Source: Lytechinus pictus
Lineage: Eukaryota
Direction of reading: 5' to 3'
Length of the DNA: 64,000 nt
Assembly (NCBI RefSeq): GCF_037042905.1
Contig: NC_087251.1
Location: 21,144,001 to 21,208,000, forward strand
Part shown: positions 1-13,110 of the stretch, in pieces
How positions within the stretch are numbered: the first letter of the stretch is position 1
Layout of the letters: the number at the start of each line of letters is the position of its first letter
Notes under the pieces: generated by a model
The model's database searches: none
The model's input: only the letters and a program-made list of their open reading frames with translations
What the model was told of the DNA's origin: nothing
Made by a program: the position numbers and the translations under genes

Positions 1-274
1 ATAAGTTTGTAGGCGAAGTGAAACGGTACAGTGCAGTTCTCTCGACAAAATGTGTCAAAATGATCAAACTCTTAGCCGACATCCAATTCCAGCTCGCCCC
101 AAAATTAAATGCACCATGGTCAATCCTTTTAAGAGATAACCGTGTGACTGGCATGACAAGTACATGTTTAGAGATTTGTCCCTCGACTCGGTGGATAATC
201 TTCAGCCGCTGTTAAAAGCTCGCTAAAGACTCTATTCTCTCCAGGCTAAGCTTGAAGGGGGAGATGGGACTTAC

Positions 275-630
275 CAAGGAAATACTGGGCCTTGGATTCT
301 GATGGTCCTCCAACAGCCAGTGCAATCACTCAAAGAACAACTCGAGGAAAAACTGATGATGCTCCTTCGGAAGCTTTTGGACACGTGTGCCGGAGATGTA
401 TGTGCTGTCACGCAGACGACACGATACGGAATGTTTGCAATCGCGAGCAAGAATGAAGCATCACGATGATCGTTTGACTCGATCGACTGGTCTGAGGGGT
501 TTGTGAGCGCGCCAAAACGAGCACCTGCCTGTCTGTTCAGTCTTTGAAAACAACTCGGCAGGATTTTCTTAAATTTAATCCGTTCATCTTGATATCTTAA
601 CCGAGTTTCTTCATGCAAATCGTGCATATT
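275..630 (-). other. Candidate exon of an unidentified gene continuing off the left edge
   Basis: Consensus donor G|GTAAGT at 269-275 and a pyrimidine-rich acceptor (tcttcccatagttttgtAG) at 631. A 118-codon ORF from ATG 627 spans it. The sequence is GC/CpG-richer than its flanks, but no protein family is recognisable. Confidence 0.3.
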
Positions 631-3600
631 CTACAAAACTATGGGAAGACAACAGCAAAGACAATAAATTAAGGACATGAATTTATAAAAAATAGAAAGA
701 TCTCCAAGACGCGATCGAGAAATTAACGAGTCCTTGAGCTATTAACGAGAGAGTTGGCGCTTTTATTGACATTAGCAATTTTTTAAGCACTTGGCGTAAT
801 GTAAAACTCGACTAAATCGATCAAGGTTTATTTCTACTGCATCTGTATAAAAATAGAAATAGTCATTGGATGAGGGAGGAGCTCAAAACGAGGAAAACAC
901 CTTATGACTCAATAAAGCATCACATCACATGGGTATTAAAGACGCCATATTTAACGATTGATAGCTGGAAATATAGTCTCATTCGCTAAACATGTTGGTA
1001 GGAAAACTTCATTTGGTAACAAAAGCGTATAACTTAGTCCCATATACTAAAGGAGGTCAAATCGAAATTCACTTCATAATAGTAGTTCGGGAAAATGTGA
1101 TGTCGTTTCGCACAGTGTAATATTCTAATTCGGCTCAGACAGAAAACTTCAAATAAAAGATTTGAAATCGTGATATTTAATGGCTAATAGAAATTGACAT
1201 GTTTTTAAGGATAATAGGAAGACCCTGAATAGCGCTTTTGTTAAGGGTGTTAAGATACGACATAATCAAGATGACTTTATAGTCCCGTAAGTAGTGCCAA
1301 AGCCAATGCCCATTGCTGCATTACTCCCCGGGAGCAAACATGCATTAGGTGTGAACAAGAGATAATCAGATGACTGAGTTGATAATATATCGTTATGTTT
1401 GAAAATAATATGCATATGATAATAATATAGATATGACATGAGAAACGCAGCACTTTACTCAAATTCATCAGTCAGGCTTATCCATAACCAATAGATACAC
1501 ATTTACCACTCCCTGGGAGATATCCCAGTCAGTCGTCGTGCACCTTATGAATATTACCACCGTTGTGTATGGATAATTATGTGTGTGTGTGAGGAGGGGG
1601 TCCTCTTTCTTATACCGCTAAGTCTACATCTACGATAGATCTGTGTCTTTTTTCGAGATCTGCGCAGTTTCAAAAGTTGGTGATATATATTGAAGTAATG
1701 ACAATAAAATTTCTATAACAGTGATGAAATGAAATGATTTCATAAAAAAAAGATTCGGCTAATTATGAGGTTGAATCGCAAATTTTCATCGCTGGAGTAG
1801 GTCCACATCTACCTAAGATATATATACATTCGTTTTATTCCTAAGTTTAATGTCAAATTCATGACATATACGATTTACACGTTCACTGGGGTTTATGGAT
1901 CCCCATTATTTCAATCCATATGCTGAGTCAATCGTGAAATATTGCTGATCAAACGAAGTCCAACCATATTCATCTTAGTTGCGTTTTTATTTGGTGTGTA
2001 CATTAATATCATAAAATATAAGTATACACGTTTATAATGGTTCAGCCCATGCACGAACACTATTTCTCATCCATCAACTGTTTATTTCATAATATTATAA
2101 TAGGAGACTCACAGTTGGTGCTAGGAGTAAATGGAATGCAAATAAACTAGACAGATCATTAAAGTGTTTGAGGGAAACTGAATGCAAATACACTATAGTT
2201 CGACGTTTTCATAGATATTAAACACGAACACGCATTTCAAATTTATGTGGGATGGCTTTTGTAAAAAAAAATACTAATCAACTGAAAACGTTTAAGAAGG
2301 CACAGAGATAGGATCGGTGGAATACCTGAACCACCTTGTCAGGAGGGATAAAAAAAATATGTCTACTAAGAAAAGAAAGGGTCATCATAATTCTGCCCCC
2401 ACCCCACCCCGGTACACAAGTTGATAGTAGTGTTTTTCGTAATTTTAGCAAAAGAAATGATGTCGCAAATATTCACATTTCTAATTTTCCATTCTCATGT
2501 TCAAATCATTATAGAAAAATAAGCCTGATTTCTCGTTAATTATTTAAAAATATGATTTTTATCCACTGTTCTAATAATAAACTTTATTGAACACTTCAGA
2601 TATTTCCTTGAAGGAATCCTTATGAGACTATCATTAAATCGCCATCGAAAAATAAGTGAATTTCCGCTGCGCCACAGTATTATTTGCTGTGTATAATGTA
2701 GTAACACTGTATTCATATTTTATCTAATTTCAATAATTTGTATTTCACAAAATATGAGAGATACGAATACAATTATATACACAATGAGAGCAAAAACACT
2801 TAAAACATACTTAACTATGTAATTTCCTTTGAGCAGTAAATTATCAAACATCATATTGAAGGGTAGTTTATTCTGAAACGATATATAATCCTATACTGTG
2901 AGTAGTACTTTTATGACATTTCCTTTTTGTAAAATAACGTTTATTGACAAGGTTGAAACAGTCAGTAGAAAACGGTTTATATGTTTTAATCAAATTGTCA
3001 AAAGTATTGAACCCCGGACATGAATTTCATCGGATGGATCCTCGGCAGCTGTATCATCGTTAATACTATAGACGCCTTGACCAGACTTTTGTTGCAATCC
3101 TGTCAAAATACTGGCAGATGGTCGTAATCTAGGATCAAGAGCCTTGGGTGTTAAGACAGACAACATCAAAAACTACTCCCAGGCACTGGTCATATTGACA
3201 GGAAAATCCGTTTGGACGGGCATTTCAGTACGAGGCGCCAGTGACATGGACCAAGGCGATGTTTCATGAGGGTTGTCCGTATTTATAAGTTGCCATCCTA
3301 TATCTTTAGTTTTGATGAGCTAAAGAGACTAGCTACCGACAATTTAATACATCACAGTATGACAACTTGTCATGGTCAACGACATTTTTGTTGTAATATT
3401 GGAAGTCTAATGAAATAAAGACCCCTATAAAGACTTGAATCGAAGGAATGGCATTATACATTTTTATATGTATTCATTTGTTTTGTATAATTTGTGGCTA
3501 TTCGCCTCTCCGTAGGTAACTTATATACCCTTTCCCTCTCCCCAAGTTTGGTCTCTTCCTCTTTCTTTCTCCATTTACATCATAAATTTCCGAGTTCCTT

Positions 3601-5908
3601 CCACCACCTCCAAGCCCATCCCCTCCCAATCGCTTACCCCCTTCTCCACCTGCCCCTCCCCACTAAAAACAAACCTACGCCCATGTGGGTTGGTACAATC
3701 ATTACGGATGTAGCCGTCAACGGTCGATCAATATTTCAGTTATAGTCTGACGTCATGTGGGCTGTTTGTGATCATGTAAACCTTTCCGATTCCCCGAATA
3801 CATGCCATCCAGGAAGGAGCGATGATACTAATTGCTATGATATGCACAAAATCGTTCAGAATAATAATTATATTGGAAGAGGTTTTACTGCTAATCATGA
3901 TGGATTGCACAGAACCTCGGAGGCTGGGACTCCGGTTTGAATTTGCAACCAAGGCCAAAACTGCCTTGACAACTCGAATCTGATCGGGGATTTAGAGCGG
4001 CAAAACGAGGTCAAGACACAACCAAAAAAAATCGATGCCTCAATATTTTATGAAAGTAGAATGTAAAATGATATAAGAAAGATGAAATGACATAGAGATA
4101 CATTCAGATAAGGGATGATAGTGGCATGTAAAACTATACCGTTCTTTATTACAAGTAATATTGTTATTCATTTTTATCATGTTTGCTGACGTCGAAATTA
4201 AAGACCAGATGTAATCAACAAAGTTTCTCTTTCTAATATCACCAAAACTTATATCGGATTCATAGAGATAGGCCCATGCATCAACTTACGAACACACTAG
4301 AAAACACTCTGAGCTTACATATTCGGACACTTCCTTATACAAGTGATTTATAAATACACCCACCACATAATACAAGGATACTTTTCTTTCGGGCATATTA
4401 TATCGTTTTGAAAATCTGTATCCATTAGTCTGAATACTGTACGTTGGCCAAATCAATCTGCTTTCCCCCATGAGTAGTCCTTTCAAAAATTCGGGGATTT
4501 TTCTTATAAAATTTTGATGTGAATGATGATACATTATTAGCGTGAACAGTAAAAAAAAATGATTGCCAATATTGTTCTGACAAGTGGGAGGGGGAATAAA
4601 ATGGGGGAGACTAGGGATTATGTCATCTTCAAATGCATCCAAAGCTTTAAAGTTAAACCCTTTTATTTTGTTTATCTGTAAAGAAAATGATTTGCAGGAA
4701 TACAATTTTTAATATTGCATTCAAATTATATCTTCAAAAAATCTGTACTGAGCCTGACACTGTTTTGGACATTTTCTGACCGAGAAATGTAAAATGTTAG
4801 CCGGCAACAAGCCACGATGTCCATCCACACTAAGTCATTTCCATTATTAAAGGTACATTGGCAAAAGTTGAATAGAATTTCATTTTGATAAGAAGTCCTA
4901 TCAGTACTTTTCCAACAAATAAAAAACAGTTTACCAAAATTTCAATGAAAGGCATCATTTATAATTACAGTGGCATGAAGGTTAAGTTGGGTCATGTAAT
5001 TATAATCCCTATTCAGATAAATTAAAGGAACATCATGTTCATTTCTGTGATTAACGTAAACGAATACAAGCCTATAACTTTGACCAAAAGTCCATAAGAA
5101 AACCCACGCACCGACACGGGTTACTGTATATACACCCTCGATCGAGGAACCTGCTAATTTGTCTTCCTAGACCCGGCTTGATTTCTGACTCGACTCATGA
5201 TGGAATGAAGAGGTCATTTTTCTAAATAATTGGGACATACGTCCTGGAAGGCGCTCCTGACACTACATCATGATGTTTGTCGAATAAGATGGGCGCCTTA
5301 ACCGTGACATTCAGAGTAGGCCGTGTAATTGGACCAGAAAACATTTTAGGAGATGCAGGCCGTGGTGTAATTGTCAATATACGGACAGTACACATAAATC
5401 AGGAAATGATAATGCAAGTATAAAATGCGGGTAACATTATGTAAATGTGTAACGCAATATTCTCTGTCAGTTCACATATACATGTAGATGAAGTCCAGAC
5501 GTATCAGCCGAGACTAAACATCGACCCAAGTTCACACCTCTGTTGAATTCTTTACCTTTCAGATCCCCTCCTCAAACAGTCTTGAAGAATAGTAATGAAA
5601 CATAAAGCTTACCAAAGACTTCTCCAACTTCCATAAATAATTATTTTTCTTTGCTTGATATTGATAGAATATTATTTCAAACATGAATGGGTAACAGGTG
5701 GCCGATATGCAGGAGTACCCGTTATCAGAATACTTCAAATGTTCTCTTAACATGACGGAGGGGAAAAACATTCAACTTAATGTCTCTGAAATCATTTACA
5801 CCAGAGAAGTATATGGCATCACGTACTGATGTGAATGGCAATCGTATTGTTTTGTTGTTCTTTGAAATGTTTTTTAATGAAACAATTATGTTTGATCTCC
5901 TGTACTAA

Positions 5909-6490
5909 CCCTAAAAGGACTGGGCTATTTGAGTTGTATTGAGGACTGGGGGCATGATCCCCCCTTCTGATCTTGGCCGCCGTTCACGCGATCGCGCCGA
6001 AATTTGGCACGCACATTCTTTACCACAAAATTAAAAAAATAATAATAATTTTTTATTTATTATGAATAAAACATGCGAATTTATTCATGAAAGACATTAT
6101 TTGCATATTTGACACCCAATTTCACTTCAAATTTTATTCCTTTTTTGCAGATGTCAGTTTTGTAATCTAATTTAAAGGTTTTTACAAAGAAAAATTGCGA
6201 AAGCCAATTTTTTCTTTTTTTGGGGGGATTCTTTGTTTTTAAAATGTCATAATATGTATTTCTTTGTTTTTTATCTTTTGTTTTTCATTGTTTTTTTTTA
6301 ATGGAAAATATTACAGAAAAAGTCACGTGACGTCGCGATGCTATACCCGTATGTCGCGAATTTGGTCTCAAAAGTTGCGCGAGACTTCAAAGAAAAAGTC
6401 ATACAATTTTGCGGCGCTATCCTTTTGCGTTTCGGAAATTTGCGCGAAGCGTCGTGGGGGGGGGGCATCATGCCCCCAGTCCTTTTAGGG
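5909..6490. mobile_element. piggyBac-like MITE
   Basis: 16-bp TIR ccctaaaaggactggg / cccagtccttttaggg with CCC...GGG ends, flanked by cTAA and TTAA. Confidence 0.75.
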
Positions 6491-9400
6491 TTAAATATGT
6501 GTAGGTTTACTTTGTTTCTCATCTGATGTGTTAATTTGTACTTTAACATGTTAGTGCAACTTGATGTCTCTGAAGTAAAAACACAAACAAACAAACAACG
6601 TAAAAATGTATGACATCATATTTGAAGAGATTGTCTTATATGCACGTGCTATGCTCCATCTTCCGGATGTATTAACAGATAATTCAGTTCTCCGAACAAC
6701 AAGAATACTAGACAAACAAAAGCAAAAACAAAAACAGAACGCATGCAAGCCGCCTCTTGAAAATACGTTTAATCTGTTTTGATGCCATGTAATAGGGCGG
6801 AATGAACATGGCAAATGAACCAAAATGTCAGTTTGCACGTGCATGGAAAGTAAATGACGATAATATCCCTAATCAATGCATTTTCATAAAGGCTTGTTAG
6901 AGGGGAGGTGACTAAATTGACCCGTTTCAAGTGAAGTAGATAAGATTATCAGTCAATACAGACCCGTTTACTTTGTACTTTCAGCTCTGTTTTCATTATG
7001 TTTCTTTTTTTTTTTTAAGTGCATCACTTGCTAATCATTTTGATTACCAATCATGGCAATCGTAAAGTGAATAATGACTATAAACTGTTTACGATTTTGT
7101 TCACACTTTGATGCGTTGTCAAAATTGGATTAACGTTTTATTGTCAAATCATATCCATTATAAGAGCTTAATTACCCCTATAGCGATAGCTTGGTGTTCT
7201 TTCTATGGCACTTTGTACTTCTAGAATATTAAATCGAATTAAATAAAAAATAAAGCCATACAGCAAATGCTGAACGGTATTGAACAAAAATTCAACAAAA
7301 AAACTCAACCTGATTTTCTATAACAAAGTAAAAAAAAAAAATTGATGTCCCCGATTTGGATATCAGTAGTAAATAGGCTAACGGTGTCGTTAAAAATAAA
7401 AAAGTCAATATTTTCGTGGGTAGTTTACACAGATAAGGCTGTGTCTGTTTCAATCATATTTTCCCCTAAGTATTATGACAGTGTTGTATTTAAGTAGGTT
7501 TCCGACCTCAATTCAAATAAGCGAAACACAAACCAATGCTGTCTAAAGCTACATGTATGCAAGTTGCATTTGGTATACTCAGATACGCCAGAAATATGCA
7601 ATTTTTCAAGGGTTACACTCGACATGTAGAAATTTCTTTATTTCAACTACTGTATACTTTCAGTAAGGTTTCAGACCCTACTGAATTTACTTGTACATGC
7701 GTGACATATTTTAAGTCATTATTTCATTTCCATTCGAAGACACAAATTAATATCAATGAGATACAAATGAACGGATAAACTTTAAAAAGAGAATGGCAAA
7801 ATAGAGCATATGGAAATGGTCTAGTAAAAGCAAAGCTTGTAAAGTGTGAATCAAAATACAAAAACATATATATTTGGATACATAATATCATATATATATG
7901 AAAATAGATCACCTCATAATAAACTCGCTTTCTACCCAAACCGATTAATTTTGCAATAAACATATTTTCATATCATTTTTAATCAAGTCTGCATAAAATA
8001 GATTTAAAATTGGATTTAAAAATTCACTCTATAGCATTCATTTGCTTCAACTTGCTTGTTTTTGTCTGGATTAAGACTGAAGGGGACCCCAGTGAAGCTC
8101 AACTATGTATTTATTCCCTTTGACGACCCCCTTGCCATATTTTTCAGTCGATGCGATCAGTCAAGCCCGACCTTGCAGACAACACGAGAGGAGTTCTTCA
8201 ACAAATCTTGACGTCATCCAGGGGAAGAAATTTGGCGCGAGGCAAATTTGTCACCAAAAGCATGACTTCTTTATGCATAAAACGTCCTATTTATTTTGAG
8301 CAGGGAATATTGATCTTGTCATGTAAAATGCAATTTTGTCCTCCTTCTACAAGAGTTTAAAGGCTATGGAACGCCTATACAAATCTTTCAAATATGTATT
8401 CATACAGTATATATAAAGCTAGCTCTGTGTAAATTATTTTTGAACTGAAGTTTGATATTTTCTAATGATCACTAGATGCAAGCGCGTTCATAGCGCTCAA
8501 CTATAAAACAAAATTATCATGTGAAATTAATCTCTTCAAAGAATAAAGAGTTCACATCACATCGGAATCACCTTTATTCTTCCCGCACGTGACACGTGGC
8601 AAATGGACCAAGTTCCCTCAAATAATTCGAATAGAGTTGTTTATTTAAATCCATACCCTGAGTTAGTACCATGACCTATAAAGGAAAGCTTAGTTGAACC
8701 ACTTTCGGAATCATTGACAAACACCGTGCGTGGGCAAGTCCATTTCCAATTCGAAAATTCCTTTCAAGTTGTGCACGACTTACATTCCAACCAGGACTCA
8801 TAACATTAGCCAAAGAAACTTTACTTTTATCCTTAAAATGAAACAACAACAAATCTCCCCTATGCAAGAAAGAATAATTTTGGTGTCATGTGTTTCGTCA
8901 CTTCTCGAAAAATAAAAAGCTTGGGAAACTTTAAAATTTGTAAATCAATGACCCCCTTTTCCGTTCTCGTTTCTTAAAAATTACTGAAGTTCAAGCTGAT
9001 GAGAAATTTAGTATGGAATAATGATTTGGAGTGAATCCATATTTTGTAAATGAAATGAAAATATATATGACAGTGGCCATTCTGTTATGATTTACAGCGT
9101 TCCCTACTGGACGAAAAAAAAAGAAAAAATCAGACTAAAAACTCTCTTATAAAAAACAAAATTATATGGACTGAAATAAATGAACTGGATACAAGCCCTA
9201 TTCTTCAATAAATTCCCACAAATTTAAACGGAATGGCCTAGAAGAAAAGGCACAGTTCATTCAATTGTGAAGTAAGGAAATATAGAGTGATGAATACATC
9301 ATCCTAGACGGAGACGATCTAGATAAAAGGGGTTTTAGTTTGAGCTGTTAGCTTTCCGGTTGAATTTGTATTTCTGCTCTTCATTGTCGTTTTATTTCGT

Positions 9401-9610
9401 GATTTATAACGTTTTTACCCTTTTTGTCGTTCTTTATTGCAACCAAACTCACTCTCAAATTATCGTAGTCTTTCACTCAACTCACCCCTCTCCTCTGTCT
9501 TCTCTTTCTCCTGTTCTAGGTATGCTATTATTTATTTCCTCCCATTCCTCTCCTTTTTTTTTAAGATGAGTTTGATTATTAACAATGGTGTTAGAACCAT
9601 TGATGACTTG

Positions 9611-9745
9611 AAAAAAATGCAACTGCTATCAGGAGAGTATAAGTACCCATTTATCTACAAAAAAATATCATTCAACCAAAAAAATGTCAACTGCTATCAG
9701 GAGGGTTTAAGTACTCATCTATCTACAAAAAATTTTCGTTCAACT
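9611..9745. repeat. Two-copy imperfect tandem repeat of ~68 bp
   Basis: aaaaaaatg(t)caactgctatcaggag...atctacaaaaa...ttcaac occurs twice in a row. Confidence 0.8.
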
Positions 9746-10936
9746 CAAAAACTCTAAAACAATTATGAATAAAGCACCTCATAAATTTTCCACTGAGGGG
9801 ACGCCTATGCAAGGGCGCGACTGTTCAAATTCCTAAAATGTAAGTCATCATAGACAACAGTTTTAAAGTTCTTTTAAAGCCTTTTAAAATTACACTCTCA
9901 TTTAGTTTGGGATGGCTCAATTGCAGTAGTCCAATCTGATGATACAAGTGTGCAACCCTTCAGCCCTTTCTTCTTCCTTCTCGCTATTCCACCAATCAAA
10001 CAACCCCGAAGCGGCTTTCTCATCGACCCTCCGCACTTCCTGCTATTTGAACTCTTTAAGATCCAGCATCGCCGTTCTTCTTCTTTTTTCTTCTAAACTC
10101 AAACGATGGCTTAATTCAAGACTTCTAAAACATCCTCGGGGTCTCACCGAGAGATGAAGCGTTTTGTTATGGTTTTGAACACCGTCTTCACGAGTATGAT
10201 CTATTTGGTTTGCGCTGCCCGGAAGCCTGGCGCAAGGGGTGGTGTGTTTTGGGAGGCGTTTGGATTGGGCGAACGTGTTATGGAATTAATGCCTGTGCTT
10301 AGTGGCGCCCAGGGTAAGCGTTAGGCACCCACACGTTTGCCACCTTGCAAGATCCATGTAACACGTTCAGACTAGGAAGGAACCAGCCCAGACAGATCTT
10401 TTTTGATTAATAGGTTAGAATTACTCAGTTGGATAGACGATGTTCATCATGATACCCGGTAGTAGAAATCGAAATAGATTATATATCTTTTTAAAACGAA
10501 ATTATACATTACTGCGGGTACTTTACCCAAAAGGAAGATTAACCCATTTCTGTAACCCAACTTCAGACTTTGTTAAAATACTATCTAAATATATGTACAA
10601 TCTATCACAAAATTAGCTTTTCGTATGAATAATGTGATTTGGGGGCTCGCTCGCTCGCAGTTTGTCCCTTTCATTTTTTCTTAGCATTTCAATACAAGCA
10701 ATACAGTAATATAGTTAAACATCTCAAGATTTTCGCGATATTAAAAACCACGCGTTTTGACGTTAAAGCGACCGACCCGCGAGACTTTGAAAGCTTGTCA
10801 TAAAGGACCTTTTTTACGTTCTGGAAGACTGCAAAATAAAGTAACATTTCAAAACGGTGGTGAATACAAATGACATAAAGCGCCCTCCCCCATCGTATCA
10901 GAAAAAACTTCTTATTAATACCAAAAAAAAAAAAAA

Positions 10937-11177
10937 CCCGCTACGTCCATGCATTTGTCACTGCGACTGCGTCAACGCAAAATGGTTAAGACGCAGTGGG
11001 AACTGCTACAGCGTAATGAGAGCGTAGCGCGAACCGTTATTGAGGTGGCAGGGTGGCAGAGTCTGCATGATTTCTGGAGACCCATTTGTTGCTAAGTGGA
11101 CTCCGCTGAAGTGGGAGCGTCGTCTGAACAGCGCGTAGTAATGACGCTCCATCGACGTAGGATGTAGACGTAGCCGG
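10937..11177. mobile_element. Probable short degenerate MITE or foldback element
   Basis: CpG-rich block bounded by the imperfect inverted repeat gctacgtc / gacgtagc. Confidence 0.4.
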
Positions 11178-12880
11178 CAAGGACAGAACGTTGTCAGATC
11201 TGTAATATTACCTATCTGACATCTGGAGTAGGAATGAAATGTGCACGATCATTATATTCACGTGACGGAGATGTATGTACAACGCGTTGCGATCTGCTCG
11301 GACGTATAAAGTGAACCGTTTCGACGCCGCACGGACCGCGCTGTGGGAACGCCACCAAGGACGTAGGATGAACGGAACGATTTCACATTAAAAAAAAAGA
11401 ATTTGTCACTCCGTCCTAGGCATTTCCTTCTTCTGAATTTCAACAACGTTGCGGGAATTTCTTCCAGTATGTATGTCATACAGACCTGGGCATGACGCGT
11501 TTTCCCATATAGATCTTATATACCCTAGGACAAAAAAAGAACGTTATAGAATGTGGGATTACTATGATTACAGACTAAGGAATAACAATTGTCCAGTTTT
11601 GCAGTTTCTGATGCTATTCACATCCGATAGGCCTACATTTCTATGAAATTTGAAGGATGCGGTCACTTTCTTATGGCCACACTTATAACGAAAACATGAT
11701 TTGTTTGCCGAAGCATGCTTATGTCAAACCAGAAGAGTTCTACGTGCATTTAAAGCATAAAAAAGTAGAAGACAGTAGTTTGGTTTGAGTTTGGTAAGGG
11801 AGATGTTCCGCAAACTCTTCCGCAGGTGGGTTTTACGATATTTGTGAACATGACGAACGTCATACACAGAATAATAGAGCTCCTAATTCAGTTTAATCCC
11901 TCGCATGAAAACATCCCCTAAAATAAATTGTTCCGAGAATTTTCACTCCAAATCAAAACGTCTATAAAATTATGAAAGCAGTATAAATTTAGCTATAGGC
12001 AACTACTTTAGAACTATCGCTTCATGCGTTTATTCTATTACGTGAACTAATAACTACTGCGGAGCATATGCCAAGCGTTCTACTTGTTTACTCTTGAAAA
12101 CGAATTATATTGCTTCCTATATAAGTGAGCATTTTACCACTTTCGTTATAAATATTATATCACATGTATTTTTTTTTACTCATGAGGTATTTGTCGTATT
12201 AAGCAGGTGGAATTTGGCGGTGTCCTTACCTCCATAGATAAACACACGCACAAAAGTTATGATGGAAAGTTCACAGACCTTTCATAACGACATGGTGGAT
12301 GTAGACTTATACAGAGAGGCACTGGTGATAGAGTACATGAATGCAAAGTCTGCAGAAAAAATATATAATGCAAAAAAAAAAAAATTCACACCCCAGAGTT
12401 GACATTGCCATATCTCGCAAAATAGTACAAAATAATATGTCTATAATCTTAATTAAACTGTACTGCAAGTATGAATTAAATAAACGGGATTTGACCAAAA
12501 TTTATGGATTCAACCCAGATTCAACTTAAACTTAAAATGAAATATTTTGAACTATCTCTTTTTTTACAGCATTGCAAAGGGACAGTGCTACAATGGGGCA
12601 AGCGGGCATGACCTCCATATCATGTTTCAAATGATCAAAAAGAAGTCGAAAGAGAGTAAAAGTAAACGGTAAAACAAAAAAGGAGAGAGAATGGTACTGA
12701 AAACAGAGAAAATACCACTATATTCCACTGATAAAAATCCCAAGATAAACTTCATGTCCTCTTGCAACCTTAACAAAGAACCCTGTCACTGCCAATGGTC
12801 AACAATCGGTCATCCGGATATCCATACTGTGTTTTTAGAATATAGGATACATTTATCAATCGTTCTGAAACAGATGCATA

Positions 12881-13110
12881 CGGAGCCCGCCAGGTGACAC
12901 GAGTGGAAAAAAATCTTCATGGACTATTGCATTCCCTCGCATAATATCGCGTTTGCTTGGATACCTCTTTATCTCTTGCTAATTTTGCGAGGGAACGCAA
13001 TATTATTGCGAGGGAACGAAATGATATTGCGAGAGAACGCAATATTATTGCTGTGGAACGAAATAATCCATCAAGATTTTTTTTTCACTCATGTCACCTG
13101 GCTAGCTCCG
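12881..13110. mobile_element. Palindromic MITE with TA target duplication (Tc1/mariner-like)
   Basis: TA|cggagc..caggtgacacgagtggaaaaaaatctt ... aagatttttttttcactcatgtcacctg..gctccg|TA, with internal ttgcgagggaacg repeats. Confidence 0.75.

Noticed and set aside
4286..4705. 139-aa minus-strand ORF
   Set aside because: Non-ATG start, AT-rich low-information composition and no recognisable homology.
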